A stretch of 64,000 bases of DNA from an uncultured Gemmatimonadaceae bacterium (GCA_963751275.1 CAVVTZ010000005.1:1-64000), one strand, 5' to 3'. Positions 1 through 10,950 are shown, counted from the stretch's first letter. Notes: generated by a model not told the origin, from the sequence alone. A program made the numbers and translations.

Positions 1-191
1 TCGCTGAGCTCGGCCACGGGCCGTCCCATTTCGTCTTCGACCATCACACCGTATCCGGCAGGGCCAGGGTTGCCGCGAGCTCCGCCATCGATGTGGGCAA
101 CCAGGTATCCGAACGGCGTACTCATGTTGGCGCCACCGATGAATTCCTTGCTGCGGAAGTTTGATTTTTCGGGAAAGGGGCGGATCAGCAT
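1..191 (-). CDS. rnhA: Ribonuclease HI family protein (5' part; runs off the window start)
   Basis: Manual translation from ATG 191 gives ...YLVAHIDGGARGNPGPAGYGVMVEDEMG, the RNase HI DGxxRGNPGPAG motif. TAAACT lies 6 nt upstream of the ATG. Alternative ATG at 125. Confidence 0.85.
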   Translation of the reverse strand, partial: MLIRPFPEKSNFRSKEFIGGANMSTPFGYLVAHIDGGARGNPGPAGYGVMVEDEMGRPVAELS

Positions 192-225
192 ACCCGTAGT
201 TTATTCCAAATCGAGGTGAGAGCGG

Positions 226-993
226 CTAGCGCCCGAGCTTGAGGCGCGCGGCTAAACGCTCCGGCAGTTGAGCCGACAGAATGCGCTGCTGCGCTTTTTC
301 GATGTCATACGGTATGCGATAAAACGTGACACTGGACAGCGGTCCACCGTTGGTCTCATACAGCGCGAAGGCCGACCGCCAGTCGCTGTCGCGTGGCTGT
401 CCGACGGAGCCCGGGTTGATGAGGTAACGCTCGCCGGGAGTGAGCCACATCGTAGCGGTGACCGCCCCCTCCGCGCTCTCGTAGGCCGGACGGAAAGGCC
501 GCGACTCGCCGCCTTCCCCAATGAAGCCACCCTGGATGTGGGTGTGGCCGAAGAAGATCAGCGGCGCGTGGCCCGGCAATTCGAGATTGTCGTCGGCCGC
601 AGCCGTGTTGAGCAGGTATTCGTCTTCATCCAGCGGCGACCCGTGGACGAACTCTATCCCGGAAAACTCTTCGCTGAGCAACGGGCCTTGCGGCAGTCCG
701 CGTAGCCACTCCAAGTGCTCGGGACTCAGGGTGTTCTTCGTCCAGTAGGCAGAAATCGCGGCCACCGGATTGAACTCTTTGACATCCGTCAGCCCTGCGC
801 ATGCGCGGTCATGATTGCCGCGGACGACGGGCGCGCCCATGGCGATCACGCGCTCGCAGACTTCGTTGGGGCTGGCGTTGTAGCCGACCACGTCTCCCAG
901 GTTCACGACGCGATCGTGCGCCGGAGCGGCGGCCATGCAGGCCTCAAGGGCCTCAAGATTGGCGTGGATATCGCTGAGTAGTAGAAGACGCAT
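226..993 (-). CDS. Calcineurin-like metallophosphoesterase
   Basis: Motifs SDIHAN, LGDVVGY, RGNHD, VHGSP, GHTH and NPGSVGQPRD. Start moved to ATG 993 (MRLLLLSDIH). Confidence 0.9.
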   Translation of the reverse strand: MRLLLLSDIHANLEALEACMAAAPAHDRVVNLGDVVGYNASPNEVCERVIAMGAPVVRGNHDRACAGLTDVKEFNPVAAISAYWTKNTLSPEHLEWLRGLPQGPLLSEEFSGIEFVHGSPLDEDEYLLNTAAADDNLELPGHAPLIFFGHTHIQGGFIGEGGESRPFRPAYESAEGAVTATMWLTPGERYLINPGSVGQPRDSDWRSAFALYETNGGPLSSVTFYRIPYDIEKAQQRILSAQLPERLAARLKLGR

Positions 994-995
994 GC

Positions 996-2019
996 TTACC
1001 GAATTTCCGACGCCACTACCGGACATCGAGCGAAATGCCCGGGCGCAACTTCGACCAACGATGGTAACGCTTGCGAGCACGATGGTAAACGCCATTCGCA
1101 ACGCGGTTCAAATGTGCATCCCGGAGGCAGAGCGGAAATGGCAGGTACCGCGCCATCAATGGTGCGCAACGGCTGATTGCGATCGCTGCGCAGGCTCGGA
1201 ACGGAGGCAAGGAGGCCGCGCGTATAAGGATGCACGGGTTGACGGAAGACCTGTTCCGCAGTTCCCGTTTCCACCAGGCTGCCCGCGTACATGACGGCGA
1301 TGCGATGCGACACCTGCGAGACTACCGCGAGATCGTGCGAGACAAAAAGCATGGAGAGCGCGAACTTCTGCCGCAACTCGTTAAGTAAATCCAGCACCTG
1401 CGCCTGGATGGTGACATCGAGCGCCGTGGTCGGCTCGTCGGCGATCAGCAATTGCGGGCGGTTCACAATGGCCATGGCGATCATCACGCGCTGGCGCTGG
1501 CCTCCCGAGAGTTGGTGAGGATAATCGCGCGCACGGCGCTCCGCCTCAGGAATGGCGACGGTGCGCAGGGCTTCGACCGCGTGACGCCAGGCGTCGCTCT
1601 TGGTGACTCGTGCCGGTTTTCCGCTGGTTTGCTGTTCGCGAGTTCGGTCGGCGGCTGCGGGATGCGCGAGCACCGCCTCGGCCACCTGGTCGCCAACGCG
1701 CATAACGGGATTGAGCGCCGTCATCGGCTCCTGAAAGATCATGCTGATGCCGGCTCCGCGAATGTCGCGCATCGGCGGCTTCGGAGAGCGAGAGCAAGTC
1801 TACCCCGCGAAATTCGATGCGACCACGGACGCGCGCCTGCGGAGGCAGCAACTGCAGGATCGCCAGCGACGAAACCGACTTGCCTGAGCCCGACTCGCCG
1901 ACCAGTCCGAGTACTTCGCCGGGTGCGATAGCGAAGCTGACATCTCTCACGGCGCAAACATTGCCTTGCGCGGTCGCGAAATCAATCGTGAGGTTTTGGA
2001 CGTGAAGCAGGCCGGACAC
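996..2019 (-). CDS. Oligopeptide/dipeptide ABC transporter ATP-binding protein (frameshift ~1780)
   Basis: Walker A GESGSGKS in ORF 1546..2040. IFQEPMTALNP, LSGGQRQR, ADEPTTALD, HPYT and the C-terminal Cys motif in ORF 996..1772. GTG start at 2019. Confidence 0.88.
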
Positions 2020-2137
2020 AACGTAATCGTAGCAGGCCATGATGCGGTCATGACTGGAGCGTCGCGGACTAAGGAGTCACAGTTCGTGGTGACGCCAATT
2101 GCATTCAGGCTTTCTCTCCGTCAAACTTACTGCAATC

Positions 2138-3689
2138 ATGGAAAGACAATCGAGCCGCGATACCCAACCCGCCGGACCGCAGTTGGTCCGCGCCGGCGCC
2201 GTCCGTCTGGCGCAGCGACACGGCACTGCTTATCTACATCGCGCTAGCCACGGTAGTTCTTCACCTGATCATCGGCAACCGCTACGGCATTCATCGCGAC
2301 GAGCTGGCGACCCTCGAAGATGCGCGGCACCTGGCGTGGGGATACCCTGCCTATCCGCCGGTAACGCCGTTTTTCGGACGCATCTCGCTCGAACTCTTCG
2401 GAACATCGGTTCGCGGCTTTCGTTTTTTTGCCAACCTCGCTCAAGCCATTGCCGTCGTGCTGACGGGGTTGATGGCACGCGACATGGGCGGCCGCCGTGG
2501 CGCCCAACTTGTCGCCGCAGTCGCCGCTGTCCCCTTCTGCCTCGGCGGCGGATACGAAATGATGTACGTGGCGTTCGATTGTATCGCCTGGGTTTCGACG
2601 GCATATTGCGTCGTGCGGCTGCTCGCGACCGAAGATGCGCGCTGGTGGGTGGGCATCGGAGCCGGCATCGGATTCGGAATGCTGTGCAAGTACACGATCG
2701 GCTTCTTTGCTCTGTCGATCGTGGCAGGCGTGTTGCTCACCCCCGCGCGCCGCTACCTTAAGAGCAAGTGGCTGTGGATCGGCGTCGCGCTCTCCATCCT
2801 GATTTGGCTGCCTAACGTCCTTTGGCAGGCGCAGCACAACTTTATCTCGCTCGATTTTCTCAGTCACATTCACGCCCGCGACATTCGCCAGGGTCGGACG
2901 ACGTACTTCCTTCCCCAGCAGTTGGAACTGACCGGCGCGCGCTTTCCTCTGGCAATGGCCGGACTTTACTTTTGCTTAGTTACGACGGCCGGCAAACGTT
3001 TCCGCATGATCGGCATCATGTACGTGGTGACCCTGCTGCTTTTCACCATCGCTACGGGACGCTGGTACTACATGGGGCCTGCGTACCCCATGTTGTACGC
3101 CGCCGCAGGAGTTGGCGGGGAGCAATGGCTGGCCATGATGTCGCGCGCCAAGGCCATGACGGTCCGCCGGGTGGTGTGGGTCACGCTGATAGTTGAACTC
3201 GTGATCACCACTGCGATCTGGTTGCCCTTGGCCCCGCTGAACACCGGCTGGTGGACGCTGGTGAACGATGTGCAAGGCGATTTTCGGGAGCAGTTCGGCT
3301 GGCGCGAACTCGTGCAGGAAGTGGCGAAGATTCGCGACTCGCTCACGCCGGAGGAGCGGGCGCACCTGGGAATCATCGGGGCGAATTATGGAGAAGCTGG
3401 CGCGATCAATCTTTACGGTCCCGAATACGGATTGCCGCGCGCCATCAGCGGAGTCAATTCCTTCTGGCAACGCGGCTACGGCGATCCGCCTCCGCAAACG
3501 GTCATCGTGGTCGGCCTCAGCCGCAAGTACATGGAGGAAAGCTTCGGGCCTTGCCGCCTGGCGGGGCACACCTGGAACCAGTACGGCATCAAGAACGAGG
3601 AGACCGAAGATCACCCGGACATCTGGGTCTGCGGTCCGCCGAAAGCCGGCTGGCCCAAGTTCTGGGAGGACTTCCGCTATTACGGGTAG
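2138..3689 (+). CDS. Membrane glycosyltransferase, GT39/ArnT (PMT_2)-like (probable frameshift ~2200)
   Basis: Reading upstream in the frame of ORF 2457..3689 gives YGIHRDEL...HLAWGYPAYPP. Many TM segments, KYT motif, NYGEAGAI. ATG 2138 is in another frame. Confidence 0.8.
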
Positions 3690-3692
3690 GCC

Positions 3693-5295
3693 TTATTCTC
3701 CGCCCATGGCGGCCTTCACCGCCAGTTGTTCCTTGGCCCGCGCCAATTCCGGACGCCCCGACTGCGACCCTTCGCAGTTTTTCAGCAGCTTCGCGTAGTA
3801 TTTGGCGGCCTTGGCCGTCTGCTTTGTCAATTCAGCGGAGCGCGCCGCCCCATACAACCCGTTGAACCGGTTGGGATCTATTGTCATTGACCGTTCGTAT
3901 TCGGCCAGTGCCGGTTCCGGGTGATTTGATTCCAGCAGAAGGTCCGCCAGCATCTCACGCGCGGGAATCTCCACTTCGCCCTTGCCATACATGTCCTGCT
4001 TGTCCGCGACCGCGCTCATGATCTTTGCAGCCTCGTCATTCTTGCCCTCGGCGAACGCCACCCACGCGCGAATCTCATCGCGGTCAGTGTCCATGTACTC
4101 AGCCATGTACGCGTCTTTGGACTTCTTCACGGCCGCGACCATGGCGTCGTATTTAGCCAAGTCCTGTTTCGCCGCAGCTGCATCTTTCAGGTGTCCGCTG
4201 CCGACCGCCCGCGCCCAAAAGGTAAGGGCAGCGTTCTGCGGCAGCGCGCCCTTTATGGGCTGCAGCGCAGCGGCTTCCTTCCAATGCCGCATCTCAATCT
4301 CATAGGTCGCCGGAAAGCCCGCGCGCGCCATGTCGAGGTACTGATGCATGTCATGGCCCGCCATGGTGTCCATGGTCGTGACCTTCTCGATCATGGCGTG
4401 CGCCTTCTCGTCTTCACCGATCTGTAGATAGGCGTAGTTCAAGAAGTCCATGGCATGGAGCTCATGTCCCGACGCGCCGACGCCTCAGCCGCGGCTACGG
4501 ACGCCAAATTCGCATCAATGTCCTCCTGCCAAAGCCCGAGCCGCGCGAAAGATGTCCGGGCATGTGAGCCGCATGCGGCACCGACGGCGCAATTTGTCCA
4601 TAGCGCCGCGCCGCGGCTAGCCCCTCCGCCGCCATTGGCGGACTGTCGCAGCTATGAATGATGTAGTGGGGAATGCCAGGATTGTCAGGCGCCAGCGGAA
4701 ACTCCGCGTTCAGCAACGCCAGCGCCTTCTTCTGGCTGGCGAAGGTCGTGTCCCGCGGAGGCGCGGCAGCCAGCAGCGACAGCCCATAGAATGCCGTCGC
4801 CTCATGGTCCTGCAGATAATTCTGGTGCAGCTTCTCCATTGCCTGCGAGTAGGCGCTGGCCCTCACTTCGAAACTCGACTTGTCGGAATTCTGATAGAAG
4901 GCGGCCAGCGCGTCGAGGTAGTCGCGCTCGCGCGGCGTCTTCGCACTCACCTTCTGGCCCTTCTGTACCAGCGCCAGTCCGCGCTGTATCGTCGCGGCAT
5001 CCGGACGGTCCCAGATCTCGTGCCACAGACTCATCGCCTCGCCCCAGTAAGCGATCGCGCACGTCGGATCAGCGGCGATGACGTCTTTGAACTGCTGCTT
5101 CGCCCGGTCGTACCAGAAGCTGTGCAGCAACGCAACTCCGCGCTCAAGTGATCGTTGTTGCGAAGACGAGCAGGAGGTGGGAAAGTTAACCGTTCCCAGC
5201 TTTTCGTTGGTAACCGATTGCGGCTGGTTTCCCTGATAAGCAAAAAGAGAACCGCCGAACAGCAGCGGCAGCAAAGCCAGCAAACGTAGCTTCAT
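3693..5295 (-). CDS. Secreted TPR-repeat protein (frameshifts ~4460-4560)
   Basis: Signal peptide MKLRLLALLPLL. LGTVNFPTSC, GVALLHSFWY, HYIIH and DPNRFNGLYGAA across ORFs 4495..5337 and 3693..4451. Confidence 0.75.
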
Positions 5296-5487
5296 TCTCA
5301 CCCCGCATTGGCGCAAGCTTATGTGGCGCGGGGTCACAAGTCAAACCGACTCCCGGCTCCATGCGTGGACGACATCACGGTGGAGGAGGTGGAGGACAGG
5401 AGTTCCGCTCCATGCATGTAACCCCGTATAGATACTGAAGATCCCGCCGACATCGGCTTGCGCAAATTCCCCAACCAAGCGGGAGGG

Positions 5488-5516
5488 TTGACAGACGATT
5501 AGTCTTATTGTATTAG
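5488..5516 (+). promoter_or_regulatory. sigma70-like promoter inside the IS left end
   Basis: TTGACA (5488-5493), 17 nt spacer, TATTAG (5511-5516). ATG at 5526. Confidence 0.6.
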
Positions 5517-5525
5517 TACATTAAG

Positions 5526-5894
5526 ATGGAATGGTACGACGCCAAAGGGGATAAGGCCGCGCGCATACGCCAGCGCAAGTTCGCCCTCCTCCGCCGCTTC
5601 CAGATCCCTCCCGACGCGCTGCCCGGCTCTCTCGCCCTCACCCACATCCGCTGCGGAAAACCCAACTGTCGCTGCGCCCAAGGCGAGCGTCACCCCGTCT
5701 GGTCGCTCACCTTCATGGTCGACGGCAAAAAGCGCGTGCAGCATGTGCCGCAGGAATTGGTGGAGCAGATTCGCCCCCTGGTAGAGCAGGGCCGCGAGTT
5801 CAAAGATGCGGTGGCCGAGGTCTTCGCCGCCAATGCCCAACTGCTGGCGCTATGGCGCCAGCAATCCCGCCGCAAGCGGCCCAAGCCGCGGTGA
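5526..5894 (+). CDS. DUF6788-like transposase-associated Cys/His protein
   Basis: GSL...CGKPNCRCAQGERHPVWSLTF pattern, basic C-terminus, directly upstream of a transposase. Confidence 0.75.
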   Translation: MEWYDAKGDKAARIRQRKFALLRRFQIPPDALPGSLALTHIRCGKPNCRCAQGERHPVWSLTFMVDGKKRVQHVPQELVEQIRPLVEQGREFKDAVAEVFAANAQLLALWRQQSRRKRPKPR

Positions 5895-7449
5895 AGCGGC
5901 GAACCCCAAGCCGCCGAGCGGGCCCTGCGACTTGCAGGCGACTGTGGGCTTGACCTTCCACGACTCCCTGCCGAGCGCGGGCAGCAGCGCTGCCGGGCTT
6001 AGGCTTCCGCCACGATTGGGTCGCAACCATGCCTGCCCCTGTGGGAGCGGCAATAAATACAAACGCTGCTGTTGGGAGCGCGACCAAGGTGTTCTCCGTC
6101 AACTGCGATCCACCGCCATCCCCGGGTGGTTGCTCCACTCCCGCGGCAAGCTGCAGCAGTTCGAGAAGTATGCCTGGAAGGTCTTTGCTCTGCCGGATCA
6201 GTTAGCCACTTTGCAAGACACGCGGCGTGCCCCAGCCATCCCCACCTTTGACGTCGTGAACAGCCTCTTGCACACCGCCCTGCTGCGCATCCCCAGCCTC
6301 AACGCTCTGGAAGGTGATCTGCAGGAAAGCGATTTCCAAAGGTTGATCGGGCGGACACCCACGCCCGCGGTAAAAGCCTTCAGTGCCGACGTCGTGGCCA
6401 ACGTGCTGGACAAGTTGCAGCTCGGCGGTGTGCGCCGTGCGATCCAACAGGTCATCGACAAAGCCGAGCGCAACAAAGCCTTCCGCGAGGGTTCTTACGG
6501 CGCCCTGCGCTGCGTGGCCATCGACGGCTGGGAACCCTTTGCCTCCTATGATCGCCACTGCCCGCACTGCTTGGTGCGCCAGGTCAAAGTCAAACGCGCC
6601 AATGAGGAGACCGTACAGGTAGAGCAGTACTACCACCGCTACGTCGTCGCCATGCTTCTTGGCCCGGTGGTGGACGTCGTGTTGGCCATCGAACCGGTGC
6701 TGAACGAGGAGGCTCGCCGCGATAGCGACAGCCAGCACACCGGCCACGAAGGCGAACTCACCGCCGCACGGCGTCTCTTAGCTTCGCTGCACCAGACCTA
6801 CGGCGGGTTCATCGATGCCATCGTGGGCGATGCCCTCTATGCCAACGGCCCCTGGATGACTCAACTGGACCGCTACGGCTATGGCGGCTTCCTCGTGCTC
6901 AAACAGGAAAACCACGAACCCTTCAAGGAAGCCCTCGCCCTCTGGCAGGGTCAGCCAGCGTGCGAAACCTACCGCGATCCCGATCGCCAAGAGCAGATTG
7001 AGTTCTGGGATGCCGACGACATCGATACCCTGGCTACCTATAAGGGAAAGCTGCGGGTAGTCCGGGCCGTGCTGGCCAAGCCCGACAAGGCCCCGACGAC
7101 TTGGTGCTTTGTCATCCTCGGCCAACGGGCGCGCCGGGTATCCCGCCGCACGGCACTGAAGATCACTCGAGCCCGCTGGCACATCGAGGATACCGCTTTC
7201 CACCAATGGGTCCAGTACTGGAACTTCGGACATGTATTTCGCCATACCGACAATGCCCTGTTGGCCGTCCTGCTTCTTTGGACACTGGCCTTCAACCTGC
7301 TGCAGCTGTTCGTCTATCGCCGGCTGAAGCGCCCCCGTCGGCCCAAAGATCCCACCGCCACCATCCGCCACATCGTTGAGGTCATGCTGCGCGAAGTCGC
7401 CACCCTGCCCGCACCCATTCCCTGGGCGGCCCTGCTGGATACCAGCTAA
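5806..7449 (+). CDS. DDE transposase (IS4/ISAs1/ISNCY-like) with N-terminal SEC-C motif; true start uncertain
   Basis: GRNHACPCGSGNKYKRCC (SEC-C). Catalytic-like VAIDG, VGDALYA and RWHIE. Internal CPHC and YYH; ends DTS. Confidence 0.85.
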   Translation: MRWPRSSPPMPNCWRYGASNPAASGPSRGEAANPKPPSGPCDLQATVGLTFHDSLPSAGSSAAGLRLPPRLGRNHACPCGSGNKYKRCCWERDQGVLRQLRSTAIPGWLLHSRGKLQQFEKYAWKVFALPDQLATLQDTRRAPAIPTFDVVNSLLHTALLRIPSLNALEGDLQESDFQRLIGRTPTPAVKAFSADVVANVLDKLQLGGVRRAIQQVIDKAERNKAFREGSYGALRCVAIDGWEPFASYDRHCPHCLVRQVKVKRANEETVQVEQYYHRYVVAMLLGPVVDVVLAIEPVLNEEARRDSDSQHTGHEGELTAARRLLASLHQTYGGFIDAIVGDALYANGPWMTQLDRYGYGGFLVLKQENHEPFKEALALWQGQPACETYRDPDRQEQIEFWDADDIDTLATYKGKLRVVRAVLAKPDKAPTTWCFVILGQRARRVSRRTALKITRARWHIEDTAFHQWVQYWNFGHVFRHTDNALLAVLLLWTLAFNLLQLFVYRRLKRPRRPKDPTATIRHIVEVMLREVATLPAPIPWAALLDTS

Positions 7450-7975
7450 TACCGCGCCCGGAGCCCGCGCCCAAGTAGGCGGCTCGGCGGTCCGGCGCCC
7501 TCCTAACCTAGCCCGCATCTTTCCTGCTTCGGAGGAAGTCGACTCGGAAGACAAATCACACCGGCGAGACCAGCTGACGGCCTCGTGCGCTCGCTACCAC
7601 TCGCGCGGCTTGCTCAGCGGTTCAAGAGCCGTGCGCTTAACTCTAGAAGCGGAACCCCGCGAGTTATTTAACATATGTCTCTGAAAGTAACTCCATAATC
7701 AATCACTTGCAGGCCCGGGTGTCAGGATTCCTATAAACTCTACCGTTTGGAGGCAAACCCAGGCCAGGTCGTCGATCGGGCGATTCACCAGTCTCATACG
7801 GTTGCATCCGAGCGGCAATCAGTCGTGGAACGAGCGTCTCCAGAATAGCCCGTCTTAAATGCTGCGAAGCAACGGGAATCCGCCGCAAGATTACGGTTGC
7901 GAGCCCGCAGATTTTATCCCAGAAACGGCATTAGACCTCGTGGCTTGAACGGAGAAATGGTTACTCTTGTTCAAC

Positions 7976-8210
7976 ATGAACAAAGAAGAAGATGTCGTTG
8001 AGGCTCACCCGCAGGGTGAGGTGCAAACCGCAGGAAATCAGCCGGCAGAAACCGTTTCCAGCCTGGACACGTTCGCGGGCAAGGTGCGTGTGAAGTGGGC
8101 GCCGGAAGCCACGGTGAGTAGCTTGGGGCTGATGCCCTTCTTCATCGAGTTCCTGAAGACCAGTGGTCTGTTCGAATGGGTAGAGGATTGTCCTCTGCAT
8201 TACAGTAGTG
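7976..8210 (+). pseudogene. IS1380-like transposase N-terminal remnant
   Basis: LDTFAGKVRVKWAPEATVSSLGLMPFFIEFLKTSGLFEWVEDCPLHY resembles IS1380-type N-termini. Resemblance ends abruptly at ~8210. Confidence 0.6.
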
Positions 8211-9705
8211 GTCAGACGTTCGAAGCCCAGATCGATACCTTCGATATCCGAGAGATGTCGGACTAATAGGGTGGCGGCGGCGCTCAGTAGCACCACTGAC
8301 ATCGCCACTTGAGTCACCACGAAGCTTTTTCCAAGAAACCGCCGCCACCTGGTCTCACCGCTGTTGCCTTGGTCGCGCAAGGAAGATGCCGGTGCACTCC
8401 GCACGGCCCGCACAGCGGGAAATAGCCCGAACAGTAACCCGGTAAGCAATGCGGCCAAGGCGCTGAAAATCAATACGCGCAGATCGAGCCCGACATGGAA
8501 TTCGATCAGGGGGCCCCGGGCGTCGCTCGATAATAATGATGCGCACCAGCGCTGCGGCACCGAAGTACGCCAGGAACACACCGAGCACACTGCCGATCAC
8601 GGAAAGCAAAAGGGACTCAGTCAGAACCTGGCGTGCGAGACGGAAGCGACCTGCACCCAAGGAGATTCTCAATGCCATCTCACTTTCCCGCGCTGTCCCG
8701 CGCGCCAGTAGCATGCTGGCCAGGTTTGTACACGCGATCAGCAACAGCAAGCCGACAACAGCCATGAGCAACAGCAGCGGCTTTCCCCATTCCTCGCGCA
8801 GGGTCGAGCTACCAGCGCCAGCAGGTTCCAGTTCGAGGCTCGATCGTGCGATTCAAGGGATTGTTCGTGATTTTAGCCTGGTCATCGAGAGTCGAATCGT
8901 ATAGCACCGCCAATTCCGCTTGCGCCTGCTCTGTTGAGACACCCGGTCTCAGCCGTCCGAACAGCCACAACGCGCCCGCCGTAGGATTGGCGTGGGCGCT
9001 AGTCGGCTGCATCGCCAAAGGCACCCAGAGGTCCTGCCTGGCCTCGATCTGAAGCCCGGAGAACTCTTCCGGTGCGACGCCGATGATCGTCACTGTCAGG
9101 TCGTCCACGGTGATGTGTGTGCCCACGATTGCGGGATCGTGGTTGAGTCTGTTTTTCCAATACGACCAGCTCACCACCGCTACGGCGGAAGCGTCACCTC
9201 CGTGGTCGTCATCATGACCGATCAGTCGACCGAGAGCAGGTTTAATCCCGAGTAGCGGAAAGAAGTCCCCATGCACGTATGCAGCCTGCACCGTGTGGGG
9301 ACCTAGCCCTTCACTGCGCACGTGGAATGGCCTATAGCTAGCGGCGGTAAGACCCGAGAGCACATGATTGGGGCCGCGTATCAACTGATACGCTTGCCAG
9401 GAGAAGCCATTCAAATGCGGCTCACCTGGATAACGGTGCAGGAGTTCCACGAGCTGATCTGGATGTCTTACCGGCAGTGTACGAAGCATCAGCGAATTGA
9501 TTAGGCTGAAGATTGCGCTGTTGGCCCCGATTCCGAGAGCCAGCGATAGCACCGCGACAGCGGTGAACCCGGGATTTCGTCGCATCATTCGCAGTGCGTA
9601 GCGAAGGTCGGTCGACAATCCATCGCAACACCGCAGGACCCGCGACTCGCGCACTACATCGTTATGGGATTTCACTTTGCCGGACCCAATTCCTGTCCGT
9701 CGCAT
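8210..9705 (-). pseudogene. ADOP/MacB-FtsX-type ABC permease, frameshifted and 3'-truncated
   Basis: [53 protein letters not shown] and VVTQVAMSVVLL...DLGFER in three frames. Second repeat missing. Confidence 0.8.
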
Positions 9706-9988
9706 TACTTTCTGTCTCGGACCCGCTGCAAAGCAAGTTGAATTTTCAGGTTCCGAATACCCGCCAGAGGATGGGATGTCGCTTATCCTGCATCGGATTG
9801 GGAAATAATATAGAGAGCGTCATCTACTGGTGTTGCGGCTGCACCCGCCCCCTGGCGCAAGCAGGCGATCCGCTCGCGGGTGGCGGGGAAGGCGGGGGTG
9901 TGGGTAGAGCACGGAGGCCGGTTTTCTCCTTGGGGTGTGGTCGCGCTAGCGATTCGAGTCGCCGATTACTTCACGAGCCGACCGATAG

Positions 9989-10950
9989 TCATCGGCACTG
10001 CCGGACATCTGATCCGCTGATTTGAAACACACCGACGCGATTGCTCTGCGAATCCACCACGTAAAGGCATGAGCCCGCGTGAACCCACATGCCCGACGGG
10101 TGGCTAAAATTCGCGCCTTTGATTGTACTTGGTCTCAAATGTGTACAGCCGCCGCCCTTCGCGACTGAAGACCTGAATCTGGTTGAGAACTGGATCGCTG
10201 ACGTAAATGTTGCCCTGATTGTCTAGTGCCAATCCGGTGCGACGACTTGCGTTGACCAGGTAAATGGTCCGCCGGAAATGGCCCGCTGTGTCGAGGATCT
10301 GGATGCGTGTGTTGCCGGCATCGAGCACGAACAGTTCACCACCACCCACGACCGCCTGACTTGGTAGTCGGAACTCATCCGGCCCGTCGACCGCCACCTC
10401 GCTTCCCGAACTTGCTCAATGACCCGCCCTCGATCGTCCATCACAATGACCATGTGCCGATGCGTATCGCAGACGTAAATGCGTCCCGTTGTCGTATCGA
10501 TCGTGATCCCCGCTGGGCTCTCGAAGTACGATTCTCCGCCTCTCAGTTTCCCCAGGTAGCGGCGAAACTTTCCTGCCGAGTCGTAGACAAGTACTGTTCT
10601 GCTGCTCTCGTCAATGACATACAGATTGTCTTGACCGTCCACGGCGAGCGAGACAGGACTGCCCAGACGGTCACCGTCGCGTCAGAAGACGGTATTTTGA
10701 ACGGCCAAAGTCAAACACATGCACGGCATTAGCACCCGGATCGGCAACAAAGACACGGCCGTTCGAGTCTGTCGTCACGGCGGACGGGGATTGCAGCACG
10801 TCCCACGCGAGGTTCCGGGTCTTTGGGCCCTGCAACGATGTCGAGCGTCCGATCCAGAACAGGGGGTAATGGTCGTCTTACATCATCAGCGGACGAAAAT
10901 GTGCGCACAAAACTGAGGCTCGCTGAAGTTTGTTGCACATCGGTTTGCGC
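9989..10950 (-). pseudogene. NHL-repeat beta-propeller protein, multiple frameshifts; 5' end approximate
   Basis: NLYVIDE, FESPAGITID...IYVCDT, NIYVSDP...IQVF and LYVVDSQSNRVGVF in several frames. Stop at 9989. Confidence 0.7.

Larger units (their letters stand above)
5397..7659 (+). mobile_element. Putative insertion sequence carrying DUF6788-like ORF plus DDE transposase
   Basis: Imperfect terminal inverted repeats GGAGTTCCGCTCC (5399-5411) and GAAGCGGAACCCC (7646-7658), 11/13 match, bracket two co-oriented ORFs. No target-site duplication seen. Confidence 0.7.

Noticed and set aside
5385..7672. Target-site duplication around the IS
   Set aside because: Left flank (GGTGGAGGA) and right flank (CGAGTTATT) do not match.
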